Source: Asterias rubens
Lineage: Eukaryota
Direction of reading: 5' to 3'
NCBI RefSeq assembly: GCF_902459465.1
Contig: NC_047073.1
Location: 9,672,001 to 9,736,000 of the forward strand
Length of the DNA: 64,000 bases
The position numbers were made by a program, and so were the translations under genes. The notes under the pieces are model-generated. The model was not told where the DNA came from. It searched no databases and saw only the letters and a program-made list of their open reading frames with translations. How positions within the stretch are numbered: position 1 is the first letter of the stretch; each line of letters starts with the position of its first letter. Shown here one piece after another: positions 35,751 through 48,339 of this stretch.

Positions 35751-36879
35751 GGGGGCTTATCAGATGGTCATAACATTGTCAATGATATCGTGAGAGATAT
35801 GGAAGCTCAATCCCTTGTAGCGGCAGTGATGGAGCTCTTTTATATTGGTTGCAGGGTTGCAGTGGCTGCAGCCATTTTTAGCCTTATATCTTACCCTATA
35901 GTGTCTGTTCACAAGTTTAATTTTGCGACGTTGTGTATAGGAATTACTAGGAGCTGGGTGTTTTCAATCTGTAAATGTGCACCAGATTTGTATGTATCTG
36001 ATCGGACTCGGAGGCTCGGTATGCCGTAAAAAACACTACGTGTTCGGTCAAAATTCCCTCGATAAGCCATCTTACTATCATCTTTGTCTGGTTGACTGTA
36101 ACTCACAGTATACAACCGTACTGAGTATCAAGATCCCGCCTATGTTTCACTTTTCACCTCGGGTTTGGTCATATTGTTTGCCAAGATCGGACGAAGTCAA
36201 ATGTATAATGTGTTTGTTTAATCATTTCTGTGTACCTTTCTACTTTTCCTGCTACCTGAAAATGAGAATTGAACGAATTGTGAAAATTAATTTTCCATTT
36301 TTCTGCTTTTCTGCTAAATACCGTACAGATCTTACTTGTCCTCTTTATGTTGGTGGACGAAACGTAGCCACCGCGTTGTTGCTATCGGAATAGAATAAAA
36401 CTTCCCAGGGAGCTGAGATGGTTTAAGGAGTGATTTAAGGCCCAGTGACCAGGGGTATGAAGCGCTTTGGGACGCCCTCCGGGTGTGAAAAGCGCTATAT
36501 AATAACGGGTAATTATTGTTATTAGATGGACACCATCTACCATGGTTACACTCGTTTGAAGTTATTACTTTTTCCACAGCTTTTCAAGAAAATATCAGCA
36601 CACAATATCAGGGCAGTAAGCGTCTGCGCCTGAAACCTTATCACAAAACGCGCGCGGACGTAACGTTTGCCCATGGCCCATAGATATAGAATGAACGTCT
36701 TGACGCAAAGACTAATCGAACACCGCAAACGATGCGTTTACGCGCGTAAAAGTGAGGGTTTCGGCGGTTTTTGGAATTAGTTGTAAGTTTTTGTTTAAGT
36801 GCACACAAAAAACACTCGGCTGTTACACTTCATGAAAGAGTTTCTACTTCTTTCTTCAGAGCCCGAGGCCAAGCTTAAA

Positions 36880-39800
36880 ATGGTAAGCTCGTTGTATGTT
36901 CATTTTGTTTATATCTCAACCCGTGACCTATATCAGAGCAAATTAACACTCGTATCTAGATTGTTTCATTGGTTTTAGAGTGAGTAAAATGTAAAATTAT
37001 ATTTTGTTCTTACCAAATCTAAATAAAACAAAATAAACGTTCATTATCATTATGACAAAACATGAATTGCTTTTTCGTTATGTACAATGTACATGTAATT
37101 TATAGACTCGTTCAAAAGAACCCTTCTCTCCCATTATGTTTGCTTTCTATCTATCTATCTATCTATCTTCCAATATTCAATAAGTACATCCCTCCAGGGC
37201 CCAATTTCAAAGAGCTGCTAAGCACAACAAAGTGCTTAGCATGAAATTTCTGCCTCGATAAAAACATGATTACCAACCAAATTCCCACGTTTTAAAAACA
37301 TCAGCTGTCTACCAGTATGTAACAAGCAGTATGCAACAAATGGGAATTTGGTAGGTAACCTGTTTTTATCAAGGAAGAATGTTCATGTTCAGCAATTTGT
37401 TGTGCTTAGCAGCTCTATGAAATTAGGCCCAGTAGAGGAGTACAGTTCTCTCCAACTGTTTGTCTTCGGTTCTCTTTTTGTTTGTGCTTCTATCGGGTCC
37501 TAATTTTATAGTTATTTCTCGGCCATTATCTGTATCTTTAGCTTATCACTGGTGTGTTTTGCATTCTCTCCGGTCTTTGCTTATTATGTTGTACTCTAGT
37601 TCTGTTCCTCGCAACCCCGGCTTGCTCACAGCTTAGATTGTTACATTATATTCAGTATCAACATATTTTATTTCCATATTGGTAAAAAAAAGGGGAGAAT
37701 AGTATTAGTAAACAAATTAAGTACAATTATTTGAGACGAGGACAGTCGAGAACAGATCAAGAAAATTATTAATAACAATAAGATGAAGAAAAAAATATGA
37801 TGTACAGTCGTGTTTACTCTTTGCTTGCATTGTACTTCTATTTTTAAAAATGATTCTTTCTGTTCTTATTGTGAATGTGAGCACAAAAATAAATATTTGA
37901 TGGAATTAAAGTGAATTTAATTTTGAACTTGATTGTGTGTTGTGCAATATGACATGTGGCTATTAGATGAACTTACAAAATGATTGCATTGTTTTGGTTT
38001 TAATCCATACAGTTTGCAATCAAATGGTTCCGGAAGAGAAGACGCGACCGGGACCAGGAACAATGCGGATGTCAGAGGGAAGCCTCCCGCCATGATAACA
38101 CAGCGATCCGGCCAGATCCGACCGAAACTCCTTCACAAGATGGTGACAATCTCCAAACCGGAACGGTTTTTCTGGAAGATGTAGACGTTGTTAACGAAGA
38201 AAATACTAGTAAGAAAATAAACATGTAACTTGTTACTGACACTGACAGAGCATAATCGTATCATTCGTGAAAAAAAATAGACACTAATCTATTATACTGT
38301 AAATAATTCATCGTGAGTTAAAAATAAAGTTTTATCATGGAACAGCCGTATGTTTTTCTCCGAGTCAAATCAATGACGTCATACCGGAGCTCGATAGTTT
38401 TTACCCTGCCTCCCCAATTATTTGTTTTTTAATACATTTAAGAATTTCTTTACACTAGTTGAACAATTTTTACTGATACACATTATTGTCATTAATGGCA
38501 GAATAACAGAATTACACTAGTTGAACAATTGTTACTGATACACATTATTGTCCAATGGAAGAATAACAGTCGTTGGGTCGCCAAGACGCACAGAGTTTGG
38601 TATTTAAACCTGCTATGGTGCACGCGGCATATTGATTCTCTTCCATTCATACAATGTAGACCTAACCATAAACCAGGATTGGAAAAGAAAAATAGTCTGG
38701 TTCCTTTTTGTACAGGGAATATCAGCATCCATTAAATGTCATTGGATGTTATATGAACATGACCAAGATGGCGGCAACATGATAAATGTCTATTGTATTT
38801 GATTGGATCCTCAGGGTCGTCACCGGGACGGTTAGGTCTGAATGATCTCCCAGACGAGCTCCTCCTGAGGATTGTTTCCTTCATCAGCCCACTAGACAGA
38901 GCCTTCATCAATCTCAAGCTCTCATCTAAAAGGTTCCTCACCATCACCAGCGATTCCTCCCTCTACCATCTCACCACCCTCAAGGTGCCCTCGGAATCAC
39001 CCTTCTCATTCGACGTACTGCAACGTGTACTTCGTGTCTCGGGGAAAACCATGCTCGGCGTGGATCTGTCCGGGTGTGAGGACGTCACCGACTATACGTT
39101 GTTCCGAGTCGTGGCCCGATGTAGCTTGTTGGGATGGTTGAACATCTCGGGGTGCAAGCAGGTTACCAATGCCGGCCTAGGAGTGATCGGTAATAACCTC
39201 AAGTGCTTACGGAGGATCGACATCAGCAGCTGCCCGTTCATAACATGCTCAGGGGTTGTCCAGTTGTTCAAGATGCTTGGTAAGACGCTGACTTTCATCA
39301 ACATCAACGACTGTCTTGGCTTCCGGGAAGACCCTCATAAACTGGTGTCACTGGCGTTCTTCTGCACCTCTTTGAGACACCTCTCTGTGGGATGGTCGAG
39401 AGACTTGGTCAAACTCAACCCTCTCCTGGACATGGATCTGGACAGGTTAACCCAGGGCTGTATGCATTTGGAGTACCTGGACATCAGTTATAGCCACTCG
39501 ACCAACGGCAGCATGCAGAGCATAGCCCGCAACTGCCCTGTCCTGACCACCCTTGTAGCCAGGCAGTGCTTCCTCCAGGACATCGGGCTAGAACACATAG
39601 GACGGGGTCTCCCGAGGCTAGAATGGCTGGACCTGACGGATTGTTGGTACATCACAGACATTGGGTTGGAGAGTCTCGCCAACGGCTGCCCTCTGCTCCG
39701 TGGGATTATCCTGACCCGCTGCCACGAGGTCCGGGGAACAGGGGTGGTAAAGGTAGCAGCTACCTGTCTCAAGCTAGAAACCTTCGTGCTGAAACAGTGC

Positions 39801-40043
39801 TTCAAGATCGACAGCCACGCCATCGAATGCATTGGATTCTGTGCCAAGAAGCTTCGCTACCTCGACGTCAGTTACAACCAGAATGTTACCGAGGACACGA
39901 TGAAGAAACTCATCGACAGCAACAGGAAACTCAGGGTTGTGACGGAGGGTTGCCCACGAGTACCGAGAGGGGGCGCCCTGTCGAGGTTTCCATTCACGAA
40001 GAAGGACCCCGCCTGTTTTGTGATCTGGGAAACTGCAGTTTAA
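36880..40043 (+). CDS. F-box/leucine-rich-repeat protein (FBXL family), 3 coding exons, ~475 aa
   Basis: Exon 3 (38815-40043) has the F-box LNDLPDELLLRIVSFI and many AMN1-type LRRs (L..LDLSGC..VTD). Upstream exons inferred: ATG-only exon end 36880-36882 (AAAATG|GTAAGC) and 38013-38208 (phase 0 to phase 1, matching CTCAG|GG). Confidence 0.85.
37198..37429. mobile_element. Harbinger-type MITE with CAG target duplication, in F-box intron 1
   Basis: CAG-GGCCCAATTTCAAAGAGCTGC...GCAGCTCTATGAAATTAGGCC-CAG. Confidence 0.7.
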
Positions 40044-41255
40044 ATCTTACAATATTGTAAAATCGAGACAGAGAAAATGTATCTGTTGATGTCATTGAAT
40101 GAATTTATTTTGAGAAGGAAGTTTCCATCCACCATCCTCACCCAGTAAACCGTTTTAGCACAAGTATTCCAATGCTCACCCAGATCCCCTGCATAGAGTC
40201 CACAATTTATTTTGTTTTACCCCCCCCCCCCCCCCCCCACTCTCAATGATCATATATATTGGTATCCACCTTGCCACATCAGGTTTGTTTTGTCTCTGGA
40301 CAAAAATGAAAGGTGCATGGGCAGTCAAACCCCCATTGTCGTCGTCGCTTGTTCGAGCTATCGAAACAAGCCCACGTGCAATGACAACGTGCACCTCATC
40401 ATGTTAAACTCTTTTCGGTTTTTGTTTTCAAAGTTGAGTACCATAATGTTGTGTTTATAGGGGAACTAAAGAGTAGAAAATAAGTTGCAACTCTCATAAA
40501 AATCCAAAGATGTATTTTATACGTACCTTTAAGAACTCACTTTATATTGTGTGCGTTGCATTTTATAAAGATAAGAAGTGAAAATCAGAAAATCAGGTAG
40601 TATTTACAGATTTATAAAATTATTTTTAAGACCGAGTATAATAATAATAATAATAATATTCGCATTAACTAGAATCCATGTGTGTCTCGTGTCGTGTTCG
40701 AATCAACAGCTTTAGCAGTGGCTATTGACCTAATCCACCTGAAGTCATCATCAGAAAATCTTCAAACCGCCATACTGGTGGGCAATGCATTGTACTGTGC
40801 GTTTATTTCAGTGAAGTGCGCATTTTAGGCGACGTGGTGGCGTTTACACGTTAAAGACAGTGGACACAGAAGATTCGAAGTAGCCAGGCTCCTGTGATGT
40901 AGGTCTATCATGGCGGTTGGATTCTCAAACGCGACGTGCCAAAAAGCGGCATTCTAAAACCATGGCTGAAAGTCCTTTACAATAATATTGCACGTCTCTG
41001 ATAAACGAAGTGAAACAACCGCATTGCTGTGGATGACATGTTGACGTTCTCGTTATGCATTTCCCTTCGCACTATATTGATATAATATACATATGACTGA
41101 AAGAAGATTCGAAGTAGCCAGGCATCGTGTGTGTACAAGGCGTTTGGATGCTCGACACGACGTGCCAAAAAGCGGCATGCTTAAACCATGGGCGAAAGTC
41201 CATTACAATATTGCATATTGTGCCATGATTGAAGTATAATGAATGCCTCGGCAGA

Positions 41256-44200
41256 TCACTGGCGATAGTTCGTAAGTTGAATGTTAGAGAAGATCTTCCC
41301 GAATGACTCGCAGCAAGGATCGCAGAATGTCCGGACGCATATCGTCCACATTTTTCTGGCCCAGTGTAGGACAATCAGGCACGATTTGATGCACGGAACC
41401 ACATACCACACGTGTAGGAACGTGAGACACGCAAAGTACACTCCTGTGGATATAAAACACAGACAATAGCATTCATTTAGAATTTATGTAGATAGACAAT
41501 CAACCTCTATTCATAAATACCTCAGACAGTTTCGCTAAACCTTTGTTTATGACCAGCAAAAAGTGTTGAAACATGGGCGTGACACGCGAGCTTGCACCTG
41601 TTCTTATAAGACAGTTTCTTCATTCCTATTGGTCGAGAGCAACGGCTGAAACAGTTGTGCCACATCACGCGATACGCGCGACGCGCACGGCATTCCCTTA
41701 TAAGGAGTTGTTTACCCGAGGGCGGCGGAGGGCTTTACCATTTCATAGCTGGAGGGGTGTTGTCCAGTCCATGATAATGCTTCCTCAAATTTCACCAGTT
41801 TAGCATTCACTTGTAAAATAAGATCTTTCCCTCTCATTGGGCGGCAAGACTCGTTCCATTTTGTAAAAGCTACCAGCAAGAGCTGGTTAACCATTTAATT
41901 TCATCAAGTGTAAATTTGGTCGTAGACGTTCAAATTAAGAATGGTCAAAGTGCAGTCTTGGGTGCCTATAAATGAAATAGAATGACTGAACGAATCGACG
42001 AAAGCGAAAGTGAATGTCTTAACAGTTTGTGATAGTATTTACCTATAGTAATTGAATTGTTGTTGTTGTGCCTTCTTTATGTCTCGTTCATAAGAGCAAT
42101 ATTGTAGACCTTTATAATGATTTTGCCATCTTGGTGTTCTCCGATCTGAACCAAAGTGACCAAATCGAGTGACCAAACTTACCAAAGCAGAGTGCGAAGG
42201 GGACGCCACAGAGCAGCGTACAGAAACGGTAACACCAAAACTTGACCGTCGTGAAGGTGACGTAGCTGGCACGCCACACTCTGTCAAAACTGTGCATTCC
42301 TTCTGGCTCGGCTAGTACCTCCTCGAACCAGATCTGAAATACCATCCATGATATGAAGATAATGGTTATGTCGTATGTAAGGCACCAGCCTATTTTGGGA
42401 TTGGATTTGAGTGAAAATGGAGATTGTTGATAGTCTGGACTCCAGTTTTCATCCGCAAGGATTAAAGACAGGCACTGGTTTCACAGACCCAATGATTTCA
42501 TTGGATACAACGATTTTCACTGGATAAACATGCAGTGACGTAAGCTTTCCGTATAGAGTATGATTGGTCTGCTCTGAAGTGACGTGTTTTTTAGCTACAC
42601 CCATCAGCAGGAACGTTTCAACCGTCTGCTGCTGCTGTTTCGTGTACAACAATGTTTGTATGTAAATGTTGTTTTATTCACAATAAATGCGCACATTATT
42701 TGTGTAGACAGCGAATCTCCGCCGTGTGAATGAATGCGAAGCAATTGACAGGACCCTGCCGCTGTGCCAGATGCTCATCAGTGCCGGTGTCGCATGCAAT
42801 TATGCACTACTGTCCGGAGCACATTATTGCATATGCAATAATGTCCGCATATGCAATCGTGTCCGCCCGGACGTTGCTGCATAATGAAATTGTGTCCGCC
42901 CGGACACATTTGCATATGCAGTTGTGTCCGCCCCGTGCAAAACCGTCCTTGCAGTAAATTAAACGCCCTTGGTCGACGCATGGTCGACGGAACACGTTCG
43001 CATTTTTTTTTTTTTTTTACAAGCTAAGTGCATGTCATGAATGACATGGGAAATGTTCGGCCGTCCGGTATTCGCTGCAAACATAAACTACGTGATTATC
43101 AATCTGTCCGTATGTTCAGGTGCATGCACGCTCGCTTGCGCACGTACGTGTACATTCATGTACATGTCCACCGGACGGTTTTTGCATAGCGCGGACACGA
43201 TTGCATATGCAAAAGTGTCCGGAGCGGACAGTATTGGATGGCGGACACTTATTGTATCCGACACCGGTATCTGGCGTTTTCACGAGCCTCGAAGTGTGAC
43301 GTCATGTTCCGGCTACCGACAACCTTGTTCCCATGATTCAGCGAGCCATGTCCGGCTCTCTTGTTACTAACAGTTACGATTGACAATAGATGCAGGGGAT
43401 AGATCACCGATCTATATTATTATAGTGGGGAAATGGCACACTATAGAACGAGGTTTTGGCTAGGCACAAAGTGAGTCAACCTGTTCTTTGAGCAGAGTTT
43501 GTCGAAAATCGAGATGTCAAACTGTACAGGTTGTAATGAAACACCTGTTTGAGTCGGAAGTCAACAAAGTTATAAAGATGTACGTTCTGGTGCCAGGGAT
43601 CAAAGTCATTGAATCGGGGATTGGGAGCCGCTTAGCCCATCCAAGTGGCAGTCAGTGTTAATTGATATTTCTCCCATCAAGGGAGCGGCTTTGATTTTAA
43701 ACAAGTGTGGAGAACGATAAGGTCCCTTTCGAAAGCACGGCTTGTTGGGCTTCAGCTTGCTGGCTCTGTCGCTTTATCGAAACCCGGTAAGCGAAGCGCA
43801 CGTTTTATACAATCGGGGCGTAAAGCTCAAGCCCAACCCAAGCCGTGGTTTCGAAAGGGGCGTAACGAAGATTTCTTTTAAAGTTGTAATGCTCAAAGTG
43901 TCGAGCATAATATGGCAAACCTGTGACAGTCACCTTTTTATCGACATGAGATTCATGGACGCGAACTGGATCATCACTCATTTGCATAAAATATGAAATC
44001 AAGACCAAAAGCAAAAGCATCTGTCACGCAAAACTCTGTCACAGCTTATCTATCAAACGCCCTTAAACTGTATCCACAAGATGGCGCTATTTCAGGCAAT
44101 AATGTATAGACCTGTTTCATGGTGCAGCCATCTTCATTTTTCCCCATTGATAACAACGTAACCAGACCGAGGCTGGAAGAGCAAAATAGTCTGGTTCCTA

Positions 44201-44548
44201 TTTTCAGAATGATTATTAGCATTCATTATTGTTATTCGCTACAAGGAACATGACCAAGATGGAGGAGTCATGTTAAAGGTCTATTGGCTATCCTCGGGTA
44301 AGACTAAAAGCCACGATCGCAGACTTGGAACAAAGTCTAAGGGTAAGGGGAAGTGCTACCCATGGAAACTTAAGCACGAGCTTGGATTGAAGTACACAAT
44401 AATGTTTCTCGCTCACCCTGACATGTTTGTTCATATCTGTAGGATCCCTGTCGTGAAGGTCGAGTTGTTCCACCGTAGGAGCATGTATATTCACTGTGGT
44501 CTGCCCGAAGGAGTCAAGGGATGGTGTCCTTAGTATGTCATTATCCAT
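41256..44548 (-). CDS. CAV: Caveolin, core 3 coding exons (156 aa if starting at ATG 44548)
   Basis: Exons 44548-44417, 42333-42183, 41443-41256; phases 0 and 1; GT-AG. DLHDRDPTDMNKHVR|IWFEEVLAEPEGMHSFDRVWRASYVTF..WCYR..GVPFALCFG|VYFACLTFLHVWYVVP contains the caveolin signature FEDVIAEP-like motif and the intramembrane domain. The paralog cannot be assigned. Confidence 0.92.
42784..43267. mobile_element. TIR element rich in TGTCCG/CGGACA subterminal repeats, in caveolin intron
   Basis: CCGGTGTCGCATGCAAT ... ATTGTATCCGACACCGG. Partial copy at 49450-49520. Superfamily not determined. Confidence 0.6.
43721..43862. mobile_element. Short palindromic Harbinger-like MITE with TAA duplication
   Basis: TAA-GGTCCCTTTCGAAAGCACGGCTTG...CAAGCCGTGGTTTCGAAAGGGGCG-TAA. 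Confidence 0.65.
44105..44287. mobile_element. Small TIR element (ATAGACC..GGTCTATT family)
   Basis: Termini TATAGACC / GGTCTATT. Related sequence at 38665-38794 and about 46840-46890. Confidence 0.5.
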
Positions 44549-44751
44549 CTTTATAAAATGGTTATTTGGTGGGCGTCTGGTGTCTTGTTCAGGCACAAGC
44601 GGCTGTGATGAGGGAGGAACGTTATTTTTTGTTATCAATGGCAAATTCGTAAATGTGTTTGCATAATATGTACAAAAAGAGAGGTTTGCGGAACACCATG
44701 TGAATATCTCTTTTGGGTAGTGTGGGTTTATAAAAGAACCGGTGGTTGTAT

Positions 44752-44792
44752 GACTCAACGTTTCGACCAGTATGCTCTGATTGTCTTCAGGA
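44752..44792 (-). ncRNA. Hammerhead-ribozyme-like motif (Penelope pLTR remnant)
   Basis: Minus strand CTGAAGA-CAATCAG-AGCATA-CTGGTC-GAAAC-GTTGA-GTC contains the core CUGANGA, stem II, GAAA and a GUC triplet. Stem I is not evident. Confidence 0.45.
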
Positions 44793-45166
44793 GATGTACA
44801 GTTGTGATGATGTTATCGGTTTCCTTTAAAAGTAAATGTTTGTCAAGTATACTTGTGCATGATGTGTGAGATCAGTATACAGTAAGAGCAGTTTGTGGTA
44901 GGCCATACCTTGTCTTGATTCCGAAAGCATCATACACATAAAGTGTTGTACTTAATCAAATGATGAATTTAGACTACAAGTAATTGCAATTTTGTTTCTG
45001 ACCAAGATTCTAATTCATTTTGATTCAAGCAGCAGTGTTAGTATTAATTCGCAATGCTGCAACTGAAAATTGAGACATTTCATTTACAACATACATGTAT
45101 GATTTGTGTCTGAAAAAAAATCTACAAAACGGTTTCATATGACATGGACCTCGCCGTTGTACCTAC

Positions 45167-48100
45167 TGCTTTCATCAATGCGTTCATGTTGTCACGGCTC
45201 GAACTGGTTGTCTCTTCTTTTTCTCGCCCATGTTTCATGAGATTGAGAGCTTTTTCTGCTTTTGCTTTGCATTTCAGCCATACCTGTTCGAAGAGCGGTA
45301 GCGTGGGGGATAGGGAGAGGGTGGTGGCGAGATGAAGATTTGCCAGGGAGATGAAGGGATGGTTAAATGGAAAAGAAATGACGAGTGGGGGGAGATTGTT
45401 TGTGTGTAGCACAGAGGGATAACATGAAATGGTAGACCGGTAGATGAATTGCAGTGGTTTGTGTTAAAGCCATGCCGAGTTAAGATAGAGTAAGTAAAAG
45501 AGAAGGGACGGTGACGGGACAGGAGGAGAAATTACAGGGATGAAGAGGAGATTTTAAGTACAGATGAAGACAGATGAAGACAATAGGGATATCACAGGAG
45601 GTGATATAGTCAACAAGAATAATATTTGGAGGATGTGTGAAGATAAGAGAGGTTCGGTTGCATTTTGAAGAGAATTGGAAAGGTTCAAAGAGAGTAAGTT
45701 TGAAGAGAGAAGGGTGTGTTTGAAAGGAGTAAACCATTTAGAAATGGGAAGAAGTTGGGAAAATGGAAAAGCAAACAAAAACAAAAGCATATTTTATTGT
45801 AAAAAATGAACAAAAACAAAATTCACTTACTTTTGCAAAAATGGATAGATTCATATATTCCACCATGTTTGATGACGTCATCCATAATACTCAGGTTTGG
45901 CTGGTTTCCAAATGAGAATAACTACCTAACTGCAGATCTCAAGGCTGTGTGTAATTTTTTGCACTAAAAGTTACTTCTTTTTTTGTCATAATCGTTCACT
46001 AACTCCGTGGTATGAGACTGCTCGTGTATACGCCCGTACCGAGTTGGGCATGATCTAACGGGCCGAATGGCGTGGTTGATGACAGGACCAAGCCACTCAG
46101 TGTTTAATGCACCCGTAAGACTTTTTAATTAGCAAGCTCTGAATTAGTTCCAAACTGGATCATCCAAATTTAAATTCAGCTGTGGGCGTTACATCATTCG
46201 TCAAGGCCGAGCCCCTGGACATGTGCCGCCAAACCAAACAAAAAGTTCAACACAGCCTTATTTGGTCAATTTGATCTCACGTGGCATTAAAGATCAATAA
46301 TTGCATAATCAAGTTGCCAAACAACTTTCGTGGAAGGTATTTTCGAAACCACGGATTTGGCTTGGGCTCCTGTTTAACCGTTACGAGTTTGCGTCACATC
46401 AGAGTAAACGATTTCAAAATGGCCGACAGGCGTATGCTGGAACTCTATGCCGCGGTTTCCAAAACGCCTTAAAAGATTATGCTGTCACACTGTCACTCTC
46501 TTTATTCAAAAAAGACCCCATGCATTGGCCGTCATCGTGAAACGTGCACATTTCTTTAGAAGAGCTATCATTGTCTGAGAGTGTGCGTTTACGCGTGCAC
46601 GTTTCCACTGATCAAGGATGGCGGCAGTGTAAGGTGGCATTGCCATCCCATTGTTACTAAAATATATATACTTTTACTCATCAAATTGCAAATGACGGGA
46701 GAAAGCAAAATCGCTGCATGAAAATGGTATAGCAACAATGTGAGGTCTGTGACAACTTCTAGCTGTCGTACCTTGTCTCGTTCACAGTAAGCATTCATTT
46801 TGTTAGCATGAGTTCAACTCCATCTCCAAAGATGGAACCAGCTTAGTTTTTCCTTCCAGCCTCGGTTTTGGTTTACATTGACATGAACGGAAGAACAACA
46901 AGCTTGCTGAACTTCCCCGCGGGCTACCAATCACATTTCAAAACATGATGACAGTGGGCTTTGGGTCTATAGGATACCCTTAATAGGTGACCAACTTCCT
47001 GCACCAAGCAACATTGACTCACGCGTTTGTTGGCCGATGGGCTTAATATGCGACTTCCGTGCCGGGTAGCAAATGACAGCTGAACTCGGAAAAGATCTCA
47101 ATGTTAGAACATGTTAGGTGAGCTATTATAGATCTCGTCTACAAATAAAGAGTTTGAACTTTGTTTTCAAATTATTGCAGACAATTCGGTCTCAAAATGT
47201 GTCTCAAAATGTGGCCTTCATTGTGGTCACTTTAAATTTCCAGGTAAAATGAAATACATGGAAGGAGTGGATTTCACAAAGAGTTAGGACTAGTCTTATC
47301 TCGAGTTAGGACGAGTTACTAGTCCTAACTTAGGACTAGCTGTACATTTTTGATATCTCTTAGGACTAGTCCTAAGTTACGACTAGTCCTAACTCTTTGT
47401 GAAATCGACCCCAGATGTTGTAATTCTGGATTGATGAGTACGCAACTTACAATTGATTTGGTGCCACTTGGCAGATATTTTGTATGGATAGACTCTGAGA
47501 TGTCATTGGTCACTGAATTTGTGGGTCGTATGGAAGCCCGTTGACTCCCTGGTTTGAATCTGGCAGTATTGTGAGGAATAGATTTATCTGCCTGGTCAAC
47601 AATCAGGTTGTGATCCACACTGGTCAGTGTTGATCCACACAATGTGACCTTCGACCGTCATGTTCACAAGAGGGGGGGGGGTGGCAATGCCTGCAGCCGA
47701 TTTCACGAAACGCTAGGATCCAGTTAGGACTTTGTCGCGCGGGTTTGTTTGACCCCACGTTTTTCAGAAATTTGGCTTGAAGCGTTCTGGAGAAAACCCA
47801 TTTTTACCATGTTTTAATGTGAGGTAAGAGACTCGTTATATTTTTTATGTTTCCTGGATGGACTGCAGCTGTTAGAAAACTGTAATATCTATATATTTGA
47901 GATCATCCTTTATTGGCTGTTTAACTACTTTTTGCATTTATACCATCGGTCCATTTTTGGTTGGTAAGTTGTTTGCAACAGTTAATTATATTTTCTAATT
48001 TTAGACTGGTTTCAGGACAATGGTTTGTTGTTTAATATTGCCGTCACATTGAGAGGATGAGTTGCAACAATTAGTGACGCCATTGCAATAACCTGCCTAA

Positions 48101-48339
48101 CCCAACCTCTAATACTCTGACTGTATGTACCATAATGATAATGTCAATAAAAAAATCACGAGAGCTATCAAACAGTACTGCTCCGATGTTTTTGTATTTC
48201 TGATGTAGGCCTAGCTAGACTAACAAGTTTTTCAACGAAATGTTGTACTCACCACCCGATGCGGGTTGACTTTCTCCTCGGCCGGAGCATGGTCGATGTC
48301 TATGTCGTCTGGACTCACATAAATGTCCACCATGTCCAT
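45167..48339 (-). CDS. Putative upstream coding exons extending caveolin N-terminus
   Basis: 48339-48253 (Kozak ACGATGG; MDMVDIYVSPDD..NPHRV|GTGAGT), 47591(or 47648)-47451 (..GTKSI|GTAAGT) and 45283-45167 (CAG|VWLKC..LMKA|GTAGGT). All are phase 0 and compatible with TAAAG|ATG at 44548. No homology recognised. Confidence 0.35.
47265..47411. mobile_element. Harbinger-type palindromic MITE rich in TTAGGACTAG
   Basis: GAGTGGATTTCACAAAGAGTTAGGACTAG...CTAGTCCTAACTCTTTGTGAAATCGACCC-CAG. Copies at 57036-57194 and 58307-58474. Confidence 0.65.

Noticed and set aside
39092-40060. Alternative-frame and antisense ORFs over the F-box exon (also those over the ankyrin, amidohydrolase and HYKK exons)
   Set aside because: Shadow ORFs of GC-richer real coding sequence.
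45300-45790. Strongly purine-rich strand with short ORFs
   Set aside because: Low-complexity or decayed retroelement-like sequence; no RT or endonuclease motif could be read.
47280-47400. TTAGG-rich tract resembling telomeric repeats
   Set aside because: Units are TTAGGA within palindromes bounded by TIRs and CAG, not tandem TTAGGG.
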